A stretch of 64,000 nucleotides of DNA from NCBI GenBank assembly GCA_965235115.1, contig OZ249436.1, positions 19,408,001-19,472,000 of the forward strand. Direction: 5' to 3'. This document shows positions 28,060 to 39,205 of the stretch, in pieces. The notes under the pieces were generated by a model that worked only from the letters and a program-made list of their open reading frames with translations, was not told the origin of the DNA and searched no databases. The position numbers and the translations under genes were made by a program. Within the stretch, counting starts at the first letter, position 1. The number at the start of each line of letters is the position of its first letter. This DNA is from Laetmonice hystrix. Taxonomy: Eukaryota.

Positions 28060-29349
28060 AAAAGTCATACCCGGTCTGGTTGTTGAATGCACGCGTGTTA
28101 CTCAGTGAGAATTAGGATCTATCGAAACAAATGTTACGCCGGATTAGAGATGGATTAGGAGGGTGGGGATATCTTTGAAAAAAGTACATAAGATGTAGAA
28201 TATTGTGCATTTGTTTTCCTCGGAACCTTTGCCTGAGCTATCAACTAAAATGCTGCAGGAAGTAGAATTTTACTTCTACTTTATATTTATAAAACCGAAT
28301 GCCGAAACGAAACAAACGCAGGTCTAAAACACTTGGAAAATTATAAATGAAGTTTTAGGAGTCTTTGTTTCACAGATCGCAGACCGTACACGGCTGTGTG
28401 AGAGCCATGTTAACCCTCATTGTGATCATTCTATACGTGATGAGATGACCGGAGGATTCAAAACACCCCCAAAACATGACGTCTCATAATCCGGGATCAC
28501 CCCCAGAGTAATCCCAGGACAAGGCCATACATGTTCAACCATGCATTGGCAAACCTTGGCCGTAGGCCCCGAAAACTGATCAGAAAAATAAAGCACAGTT
28601 GGTATTTCTATATATTTTAATCTTTATTTGAAATTTCTTGTCCCCCTCCTTATACGTCCCTGGTCGCTGGCCAGCCCGGGGGGGGGGGCTGCGGGGGGTT
28701 GGGGGGGGGGGGTTGGTCGGGGGTGCAGCCGGTCTAATCGCCGTGTTGGCGAGGAAAAATCGACAATCCAGTGGCGTGGAGAGGATTTGTGTTTGATCGG
28801 CGGTTTCAGTTCGATCCTCAACAATTAAGTCTAATCCTTTAATGGTAATTGGATGGGGCTTTGGTTACTCGCATCGTTAGTGTTTTTATCTCGACAAAAC
28901 TCGCCACACATAATGGGCCAAGTCTAAGCGAATTACGTACACAGTACAGCCGGGCCGAGTGGAGATAGGAGACAGGTACAAGTCATCAAAGTGTGTTCGT
29001 TAGGTCGAGCAAATTGTTCCCACCATACGCAATGTATAGCTTTCTTTGAGTTATGTCAGAAGTTGATACAAAATGCGGCATGATGATGGTGGTTATACGG
29101 AACGGCCATGTTGGTAGGATGAGGTTCAATGAGTTCAGCCGGAGGGTAGGGGCCGGGTAGGAGGGAGGGGTGGATGGGGGGGGGGGGGTGTATGGCCGGA
29201 AATTAACGCTCTGATCCAGAGCTTTGTGATGAAGATGATCGTACACGGCCCGTGGCAAAACACAGCATCCCGGGATCGGTTAAACTTGTGTGTCAATACG
29301 TCTGCATGTTAACAGTTACACAGGCTCGAACGGGGGTGTCATCATTGGG

Positions 29350-29930
29350 GGTATCACAAAGGATATCATAGAGGATATAGATGATATCATAGAATATCAC
29401 AAAGGATATCATAGGATATCTCAAAGGATATCATATGATATCGTAGATGATATCATAGGATAACACAGAGGATATCATAGGATATCATAGATGATATAGG
29501 ATCTCACAGAGGATATCACAAAGGATAGCATATGCTATCATAGAGGGTATCATATCATATAAGATATCATAGAGGATATCACAGAGGATATCATAGGATA
29601 TCATAGAGCTTGGTTATCATAGGATATCACTATATATCACAAAGGATAGCATATGATATCATAGACGATATCATAGAGGATGATATCACATAGAATATCA
29701 CAGAGAATATCACAGAGGTCAGAGGATATCATAGAGGATATCCCCTGCTCCGGTCGGTCCGGTTAGACGTTGTATCCAGGTCCACCATAGCCCCGAATGG
29801 AAGATACTACAGAGAATATCATAAGGGATATAAAAATATATCATAAAATTTTATAGATGATATCAAGATATCATAGAGGATAGATCTATAACAGAATATC
29901 AGAGTATACTATAGACGATACCACAGGATA
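29350..29930. repeat. Degenerate GGATATCATA/GATATCACA short-period repeat, interrupted at ~29742-29810
   Basis: Many GATATC units. Confidence 0.8.
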
Positions 29931-32900
29931 CCAGGTTTAGGGGTACGGGTCTGGGTAGGGGTAGGTTGGATTTAATGTCGTTTCCCATAGTCCTGGCTTA
30001 GAAAATACAACATAGTTTCTAGGCCTAGACCTACTCCGATACGATGGACTGGGACTTTGGTTTGATTTCGTAACCACCCTCTCCGTCCCCGTAACCCGAT
30101 AGAGATATGATAATCCCAAAGATGAGCTGGTTACATTGGATAATCCACCAGCGAACAGATCTGTGTTGACGTGCTCAGTTTAGTAAGACATGTCAATATC
30201 ACCAGCTATGAGATCAACCACTCCGTCACTCATCATTATGTCATCTCAACATCCGCCGGTAGTTGGAGTATCCCATAATCCATACATTGTGACGTCATAA
30301 TCCACACATTGTCTGACGTTATAATAATCGCAGGTCAATGTTGTGTGTATCGCAATTATGGATTGCCCCATGTATAGGCATATTTCTTGGGAGTTATATA
30401 TTCAGATAGTTAATCATATTGAATACAATATACACTGTAATGTAGGCCTATATTAGGCACTATAATGTAGCCATAATTATTATAATATCTAATTTTATGT
30501 AGGCCTAGATTTATACGCGTTGCAAGGATAGGCCTGCGTGCATGGAGGGCTTCCACATAGGCCTACATGTTTAAATGTGCACCTATTACACATAGTGCCT
30601 ATTGACCACAACCCACACAAATATATACACACAACTGTAGCAGGGTCTATGCTCATGTACCTTTGTGGCTCGCCCGCCATGGATGTCGACGTGTGTACAC
30701 ACACTTAGCTGATCGCTCATACACATATAACAAGATCCTCGCTACTGTTTCCAAACAAAGTGCCCACCTGACAATGATAATCAAACACCAACGTTTTTAA
30801 CCAGCCCCTAAAAACATCTCCACCGACTGAGAGGGTGCAGACCGGCCTGGCAGCGACCCCTACCGGCCTTCTGTTTGTCCGGGCCTGCCGTAATGTCTAA
30901 GACGGTTTTTGGGGACTCATATTGAAAGTATTGTCATCGCTCACCCCTCGCTCTCTGCCCGTGTCGATTAACAAAGGATCAAGGGTTTGATCTATGCTGA
31001 GGTCTGCGGGACAAACAACTGTGGCCATTCTCACTCAGGTCACACATGTCGGCCACAAACGTCGGCAATCCTGCCAGATCTACGCCGATCGTCGTGAGAG
31101 GGCGCTGTGAGCGGGGCAGGGTTACCATCCGGGTCTCGCGCGGCCAGATAATGACCCTTCAGATACCAGTTAAAGGCGTGAGAAAAAAATGGCGCCAACC
31201 AGAAGCTTGCCAGACGCTGGCGCCATGTGTGTGCTGTTCATGACGGAGCTATAGGAATGGGACGCTTGTAGAACAGGAGGACTGCTCCCACGCTAACAGC
31301 CATCACGGGGGGGGGGGGGGGGGTACCTAGAAACATAATGTGTGGGTATGTGTGACAGGTTTGCTCAGACAAAAGTGCGGTAATATGAAAAACATATGAA
31401 ACAGGGCCAAAAAACGGCCACGTTTGTGATTTCTGATAATAAAATAAAAAGACAGAACACCTTTGTTGCCATCCGATGATAAAAAAAAGTTTCCCGTGTT
31501 CTGAAGAAACAACACTTTATTACGCGTGGGTGTTCTAGCTGGGAAATGTAAAGTTACATCTATATTTTACTATGTCTTGATGTGCCGAGATAAGTCGCTA
31601 TTAGACGGTCCACTGCTCACAGTCAGGGTGAGACAGGAGAAGCTGATGTCTATACAAGTCGAGAGTTGTACTGGCCTGTGTCCGTGGTGGTGGTGGTGGT
31701 GGTGGGGGGGGGGGGGGGGGCATTTATACTGTAATACGATCGTCTTTAAGTTATGGAAGCTACCATTGAGGTAGCAGGGCCCGTGCCCCCTGACACCCCC
31801 GGAGGTCGGTGCTCATTCTCCCCCCGACCAGCACCTTGACATGTCCGCCGGCCTTGAGGGCACCTTGTCCAGGGCTCAGGTAGCCCGCTCAACGCTCTCA
31901 TTATGGTAATGTAATCGAGGTGTTAGTCAGCAAATCTCAGGTGGGTATCGCTCAGGTAAATAAACGTCGCTGATCGTCACTTGATGCGGCACTGATCCCA
32001 GGGCTTGTATCCGCGGACCGAGCACTTAATCTGAGAAAATCTTCCCCGGAAATATTGACCCCCCGACCTGGTCATCACCAGGGGGCGCTCTGCGATGTAC
32101 CCAGGACAAACACCTATTAACACCCGTGGGGATTTTAACGAAGAAAGGGACAAATATCATTGACTGATAGAACAACATATTAATGCTGATCCAGGAGGGG
32201 TTAGTTTAGAGGGGCCGTCTCATGAATTATGTATTGGCATACATTGCAGGCGGGAAGGGCCTGGCCCACTGACTGTGACTATTGTGGACGCGGCCCCCCA
32301 CCCAGCATATATAATAACAGTAGCGTGCGCAATGTCTGACGACGCATCGCGGGAGTTTCTTAGGGTTGAGGTGGTATCATCCTTTGGGTCAATACGATGG
32401 ACACCTGCAGGTGTGAAAGTTCGTACCTTGATCTATGGGAATGCGACCTTGGAGGGGTTTAAAGGGCACCCGGTGTGAGGAAGGGGGGAACCTGGCGGAC
32501 GCGAGGGGAACTTCAAGTAACAATTTGCATATCTTCCTTTACAGCACCTGCCGAGTGTTGGGAGGGCGAGGACTCACTTGGCTAGGGTCATTATTAACTA
32601 GCTCACAAGGGTTGCCGGATGTTTCACGTAAAATGGTTGCGCAAAATATTATTGTCAAATAATGCTCCTTTGGTGTGTTTTTACTCTTGGTGAGGGACTC
32701 AACTTGGACACTGAGACAGTGAATTATTTGAGACTTGACTTCCAACTCTCTGTTTTGAGATTGTCAGTGTTATCTTAGTACATCGATGGGGACAGGTATA
32801 ATGTGTAGAAGTAGTGCTCGTTTACTTGTTGCCAATTTTAAAATGAAACATACCAGTTAAATAGAAACTATATCGAGCAATGTTAACAAGAGGTGCATGA

Positions 32901-32939
32901 TGTTTTGTACCGCTGTCTTACCGTTGTTTTTGTGCCGAT

Positions 32940-33574
32940 GTCTTAGTTTGGAACCCTTGTCTTACCGTAGTTTGGAACCCTTGTCTTACCATAGTTTGGA
33001 ACCCTTGTCTTACCGTAGTTTGGAACCCTTGTCTTACCGTAGTTTGGAACCCTTGTCTTACCGTAGTTTGGAACCCTTGTCTTACCATAGTTTGGAACCC
33101 TTGTCTTACCGTAGTTTGGAACCCTTGTCTTACCGTAGTTTGGAACCCTTGTCTTACCGTAGTTTGGAACCCTTGACTTACCGTAGTTTGGAACCCTTGA
33201 CTTACCGTAGTTTTGAACCGCTGTCCTACCGTAGTTTGGACCCCTTGTCTTACCGTAGTTTGGTACCCTTGACTTACCGTAGTTTGGAACCCTTGACTTA
33301 CCGTAGTTTTGAACCGCTGTCCTACCGTAGTTTGGAACCCTTGTCTTACCGTAGTTTGGAACCCTTGACTTACCGTAGTTTGGAACCCTTGACTTACCGT
33401 AGTTTTGAACCGCTGTCTTACCGTAGTTTGGACCCCTTATCTTACCGTAGTTTGGACCCCTTGTCTTACCGTAGTTTGGTACCGCTGTCCTACCGTAGTT
33501 TGGACCCCTTGTCTTACCGTAGTTTGGTACCCTTGCATTACCGCAGTTTTGAACCCTTGTTTTACCGTAGTTTA
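32940..33574. repeat. 24-bp minisatellite (TTTGGAACCCTTGTCTTACCGTAG), ~26 copies, ending just upstream of the Dmbx exon 2 acceptor
   Basis: Direct reading; explains the SLEPLSYR ORF. Confidence 0.95.
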
Positions 33575-33596
33575 TAGGCCTACGGCTGTGTTTCAG

Positions 33597-33772
33597 ACAT
33601 TATTCTGGAGGCGCGCTACGGGGCCCACCGGAAGCAGCGGCGGTCACGGACAGCGTTTACCAATCAGCAGCTGGCAGCGCTCGAGAAGACCTTCGCCAAG
33701 ACGCACTACCCGGATGTAGTGATGAGAGAGAGGTTGGCAATGATGACCAACCTCCCGGAGGCCAGAATCCAG
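33597..33772 (+). CDS. DMBX1: Dmbx coding exon 2: [59 protein letters not shown] (homeodomain 1-46)
   Basis: TTTCAG| acceptor; phase 1 joins exon 1 (G|AC=D); CAG|GTACGC donor at the canonical PRD-class Q46/V47 intron position. This frame is not shown in the ORF track. Confidence 0.96.
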
Positions 33773-33802
33773 GTACGCATCCACGCTCTCTTCTGGATGT
33801 TT

Positions 33803-33913
33803 TCAGTACTTGCTGCAATGTCGCTATTTTTTACCCGGGTATTCCAGTTTGCCCCGCCAGTAAAGCTGACCTCTTGAATATGATCTGGTTCTTGTTGTGG
33901 CGTATAAACCCCA
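33803..33913 (+). mobile_element. Degenerate 3' half of a V-domain-type SINE inside the Dmbx homeobox intron
   Basis: CCGGGTATTCCAGTTTGCCCCGCCAGTAAAGCTGACC...GTGGCGTATAAACC resembles, from memory, the CCGGGTACTCCGGTTTCCTCCACCAATAAAACTGACC...GTGGCGTTAAAC tail of mollusc SINEs. Not checked against a library. Confidence 0.45.
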
Positions 33914-34076
33914 AGGTCAAATCATTGTAACTGACTGATAGGTGTCATCAAAATACTGTCCGTAGACAGTAATGTTTGCTACAGGGCCACGCCAAAAAAC
34001 TGACCTACTGATAATCCCTGTTATTTGTTTGTTGCTGTATGTTACTGTTGATACATTGATTTATGTTTTATTGTAG

Positions 34077-34365
34077 GTATGGTTCAAAAACCGTCGTGCA
34101 AAGTTCCGAAAGAAGCAGCGTGCTCTCAAGGTCAAGGTCAAGGACACAAAGGTCAAGGACGTTAAAGACGACGAGAAAGAGGCTGCGGACGGTCACGAGT
34201 CGGCTGCCAACGACGACCCGACCGACGACGACTGCGGGTGTCAGATTGACGTCGACGATGACGTCACGTCAGTGAGCGGTGAGGGTGGAGGTGAAGAGGT
34301 CAAGGACACGACGTCCGACTGGGAGGGGACTGGCGGACAGGGTGGCAACGCTGATGACGTCACAG
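34077..34365 (+). CDS. DMBX1: Dmbx coding exon 3: VWFKNRRAKFRKKQR (K50 helix 3) plus acidic linker
   Basis: TTGTAG| acceptor; WFKNRRAKFRK; open to ACAG|GTATGT donor, phase 1. Confidence 0.94.
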
Positions 34366-35455
34366 GTATGTGCATGTTCCCGTCGCCGGTTAACGTCTTT
34401 AGGGCCTGAATACTGGGGGATTGTTTCACAAACAACGAGAGGTGGTCCGACGAACCAATAATAGGCCTACTAGGCCCTACAACCAGGCCATAGACACCCA
34501 GAGACGATGCGTGTCCGGTTGGAGTGTTTGAATCGGCCCCCAGACTTCAACCAATTCACTTCACACTAGTGCAACCATGATGTTGTGACTGAGATCAGAA
34601 GACAATGTAGTACTAAACAAAAAACATTGCCCTGTCCTTTTCATGGGGTTATTTTCATTATTATAATCCCAGGCCCGTACGACACTTTTCAAAAAGGGGG
34701 GTGGCATGACTTGGAATTAATTCGCGCAAACGTGGCAGTGCACGTTTTGCGGCGTGTGCCCAATGATACACGTGTGTTTGCAACCCTCGTAACCCTCGTC
34801 AAATGGGGTAGGAGCAATCTCTCGCTTTGAGAAGTTCTCCCCCTTTTTCTCCCATTTCGAGTTCTTCGATTGACCTCAAAAGTAGTGAGAATGAGAGGAA
34901 AAGTGTGCTAAATGGCGTCAAAATTAATGGCGGAGGAGCAATCTCTCGCTTTGGGAAGTCTTCCCTCTTTATCGCCCATTTCGAGTTCACCATGCATGCA
35001 TTGTTTTTGGGATGTACATGTCCTCACAAAATGCTATTAAGTCTGTACCATCTATATTCTTACCATTATGACCTGCTTATATCATATCTAATGTCATATA
35101 GGGGCATACATAGAAATCGAGGTAAATCTGACAGAAACGGGGTGTGTGACCGCGCCATATCCTATATTATTAACACTGGTTCAGCATGAGAGGAGAGAGG
35201 TTGTTTTTCAATATTCGGAATGAGGAGCATAGGTAATTATGAAACATTTCGTGACTGTAGGGCTACCATTGAAGCATTATCTCCACCAACGACTGCGGTA
35301 GAGATTAGTTAGCGTCAGCCCCAGCTCATCCCATGATTGCTCCAGATTTCTGTTGATCCCAAACTTTACATTCCTGCATAGACGTAGGGGATTACATTAT
35401 AGCCCAGGTGATGACGAACCCCCTTTTTTGACGACCTGATGTTTTGTTTTGACAG

Positions 35456-35650
35456 GACCAGCCGACCGGCTTGGTGGCCATGATGACACGTGCTGCCCAG
35501 CGGCAGGCGATGACGGAGGTTACCGGCAGCCGGGGCCTACTCCCCGGCCTCCCAGTCGGTCCCCGAGCCGGTGTACGGACCCCGGTCCTGCCTCCCCGCT
35601 ACACCGAGACAGCAAGGATGTCCTGGCCGACTTCCCGGCCCAGTTCTCAG
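35456..35650 (+). CDS. DMBX1: Dmbx coding exon 4 (Pro/Ser-rich linker, GPADRLGG...DFPAQFS)
   Basis: GTTTTGTTTTGACAG| acceptor and CAG|GTGAGA donor; 195 nt, phase 1-1, open frame compatible with flanking exons. No homology evidence. Confidence 0.75.
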
Positions 35651-35680
35651 GTGAGATATACCGGGTGCAGCCACTGAGAT

Positions 35681-35775
35681 ACACTACAAACACGTAACAG
35701 GATAAAGGTCCTTCATGGCGCATGAATACGGCACGATACCGAAGGTGGAGTGCCGTATTGATGCACCAGGCATCG
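35681..35775. mobile_element. Truncated relative of the 1406-1622 MITE, inside Dmbx intron 4
   Basis: AAACACGTAACAGGATAAAGGTCCTTCA resembles the TIR; TGGCGCATGAATACGGCACGATACCGAAGGTG resembles the reverse complement of the element interior. Confidence 0.55.
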
Positions 35776-36236
35776 AGTTACATTATACTTTCCTGTCGCG
35801 AAGGAGCCGGATCCCGTTAGGTGTTATTATGTGCCTGGATTATTTCTAATTTAAGGAAAACGAACAACATTTAACAAGACTTCCAGATCCTCTGAGGGCC
35901 TAATTTATAATATGGCCCAAAACGTGTATAATAAAGGTCTCCGCTCTTGGTGCGTAATTTATAATAGACCTTCCATTGGGCCACATAGTTAACGTTGCGT
36001 CAACTCGAAACGTGTATCTCAGTCGTATAGAACACGCATTCCATACCAATCACCATAATGGCACCCCCTGAATGACACTGGCAGATTAAGGCGCATATAA
36101 TAAAAATGTATTAGTCATGTACGGCCTATACAGTTTCCTCATATTTATATACAGTGTACTAGTAGCCCATACAAGAAGCAATTGTACATATTTTATTGGG
36201 CTATACAATGCATGTTCAAGTCGTATTCCTCTTCAG

Positions 36237-36730
36237 TTTCAGAGGGACTCGGTTCCAGTTTGGATTCCAAGGCCCATCTAATGTCGTTTGCTGGGTTTCC
36301 GTCACCGTCCCTAAGTTCGTCTCTAAGTCTGCTCCAGTTCCAACACCAGCTCCAGCAGCAAGCCACCTCCGTCGGACCGCCCGTCTTCCAGCGTCAAAAC
36401 CTCTCCATGCCGTATTCCGCTCAGTCCCACTTCCAGCGTCCCGTCTTCCCGGCGAACAGCTCACTTCCGTCCCTGTCGGCGGCTGCGCCCTCCTCCTGGT
36501 CACCCTACTTCCTGTTTGCACGCGGCCCGCAACCATTTATCTCAATGGCCGATACGCATGCGTCGACCGGACTTCCGTCTACGTCACGCAGTATGAGTGG
36601 AAACATGACGTCAGGCACGTTTGGAGTCAGTAACCATGGTAACCACAAGGACAACATGTTAAACAGCAGCATCGAGAGTCTGAGGATCCGCGCTCGGCAA
36701 CACTCGGCCTCGCTCGGCTACTACGAGTGA
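36237..36730 (+). CDS. DMBX1: Dmbx terminal coding exon with OAR domain (NSSIESLRIRARQHSASLG)
   Basis: CTCTTCAG| acceptor (alternative in-frame AG 6 nt downstream), phase 1; OAR motif; TGA at 36728-36730. Summed exons are 1359 nt = 452 aa + stop. Confidence 0.9.
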
Positions 36731-37227
36731 CGGCCCAATGGGCAACCTGACGGAATCATGCTGTGGAATATACGCTACCTGTGTTGTCATAATAAGTCTA
36801 TAGGTCTTTATGCGTAATGCATGCAGGCACCGCATACCTGCATGGAAACATTACTTTGTATTCATGTATGCAGACACGGACATACTAGGCCTACATACAG
36901 AGACCTAGGCTACAACTGCACACTTCACGTCAGTGAAAGCACGCAGTCATTGTCAAACATTGCTACTTATCAGACACCAGGTCAGGTACCTCGTGCCATA
37001 CTGTAAATTAAACTGTACAGTCAATCAATGATTATAATCAATCTGAGAATCTTTGTTTAACACATCACCCCAACATTCTGAGTATACCGGACGTGTGGCG
37101 GTCATACAGAACTTGGTCGGATCTTCCCTAAGGACTCTTACTGTTTGAACACTGTGAATTTCAAAGTCTCGGAATGTTGTATTGTTGTTGTGATTAGGGG
37201 GGAGGGAGATGCCTTAATTATTTGTTT

Positions 37228-37233
37228 AATAAA
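37228..37233 (+). terminator. Probable Dmbx polyadenylation signal AATAAA
   Basis: AATAAA in AT-rich context ~500 nt after the Dmbx stop codon. Confidence 0.5.
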
Positions 37234-38388
37234 ATATAAATATTACCTGTACATAAAATGTTACTAGTTATGGTTTGAGATGTCTCCTTGATGGACGAGA
37301 GTCTACCTTAGATAACTGAAGAAATGAAGGAAGGTCGAGAGACATGGAGGACACATTCTGTCAGTGGTCAAGTCATCCGATTTTACCTTAAACATTCCTT
37401 TCCCCTTTACTAGCTAACTGTTATCCTAATTAAGAATGAAACTATCTCCTGTGTTACTGTAAGTCTGGTATTTGGAACATTCGGGAACCCTCGGGAAAGT
37501 CCGCCACCTTCCGGTGGGTTCGGATTTTCACCTCGGGTGTAATGGACAGATTTGTGTGACTTTGTGATGCGGCGCGAATGAATATGAGTAAGCAGGCAGG
37601 GGGCACAATGCGCGCTGACCAAGTAATCCCTACAGCGTAATGGCAGTGGTTGATGAGTGTTTGCATTATGCACTTGAAAACTGTCCGATAACCAAAGGAA
37701 AGTCGCGGCAGTTAAACCAAAACAGAGAGAAACATGCTCAACTCGGAAATGGCTTATGCCTCCATTCGTCCCATCATCGGCCACCAACACTCTGACTCCC
37801 CGGCGCAGCTACCGACAGCGGCGAGACAGCGGCGACACGGGCCGCCGCTGCTACTGCTAGCGCGAAGCGCTCGGAAACTGGTGAGGCAGTCTAGGCGAGA
37901 TACAAATTAAGGAGGACGTTATTTCACATCACTCTGATCACCGTCCCTTCCGTGAACACCCACTAGAATTTTTTTTATAGCGACAAAGGCCAAGATGGGA
38001 GCTGTGGAAAGCACATGGGTTTGTTTAGTTGTGTGACTACTTTCAAAAATGGCGACCTGACCTTTACGGCCGAGACATGATCTGCCATCTGTCGAGGTAG
38101 CGCCAAGTGATTTGGAACTGGCCGGTGACAGTTTCAGTGCTGCCATCTAGCGGATCTTTCTCAACATTGGTTAAAATGACAGACGGTAGGTGCCAGCACT
38201 GTACAGGACCTATTGATTGAATGCGGGTGGGCAGGGGTTTCATTGAACGGGATGAAGAGAAACAAGTCTGACAAGAGAAAAATTGGAATCTGGGGAACTC
38301 TCTTCTAGAGTTTTGCGTTTTCTTAATATGAACAAAAATAATTATAGCCATGTTTATGGTAATAATCAATGTCAACGAAGATGACGAC

Positions 38389-39205
38389 TAAAGCCGGCCA
38401 CACACCAGAGAAACTGGGTCATCCGACCCGACCGGACTGGACAGTTTCCCCCGGTGTTTGCGCGCCTACGACCCGACGAGACGGTTTTTGCCAGTCGGCG
38501 ACGGCCAGTTTTTCAGATTAAACATGTTGAATATGAAAGACTGCGACTCCCGACTCCCGACTCGGTGTGTGTTGACAGTCGGCAGTCTTTAGTCGGCTGA
38601 GAGGCAAAAGCCAATCAGTGCTCCGCAAAGTACCATGTGGTGATTCGTGTCATGTGATCCATATAGGCCTAGTGTCCATACGGACATGGAGAGGCATGGA
38701 AGAAAGTAGCAGCAGAGTTTGAGGAAAAGTGGAATTTTCCTCATTGTGTTGGAGCACTGGATGGCAAGCACATGCATCAGACTCAAACCACCAACAAATT
38801 TCGGGTCCATTTTCCATAATTATAAACTAAATTATATTATTGAAGGACTATTTCAACTCAACAGCCGGGGCAGTATCATGGCAGGATAGCATGATTTGTT
38901 CAAGTGCCACTCATTTCACCTGGATGGATTTGATCAATTTTCGATCCTGTACGACCTACTCGAAGTTGCGCAATCCCAAACTGCTTACTTTGGTGGTTTG
39001 AGCAAAGTTCCACATGTCGCGCTGTAGTTGCATGCTTAGTATGGAAAATTTCCGGGTGGGGCGCATCCATCGCATCAACGACTGTCAGTCGGAAGTCGGC
39101 TCGGTGTGTGCGGGGGGCACACACCTAGTCTTAGCGCCATAAAACTGGTCCCGACTGGTCAGTCTCTGCGACTGACCCAGTTTCCTTGGTGTCTGGCCGG
39201 CTTTA
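38389..39205. mobile_element. Internally deleted non-autonomous PIF/Harbinger DNA transposon
   Basis: ~33-bp TIRs TAAAGCCGGCCACACACCAGAGAAACTGGGTCA / TGACCCAGTTTCCTTGGTGTCTGGCCGGCTTTA, plus an internal transposase remnant. Confidence 0.85.
38691..38826 (+). pseudogene. Harbinger/HARBI1-type DDE transposase fragment, frameshifted
   Basis: Translates [27 protein letters not shown], then a 4-nt insertion, then [17 protein letters not shown]. This is the conserved FP-C-GA-DG-H...NYK block around the first catalytic Asp. Confidence 0.88.
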
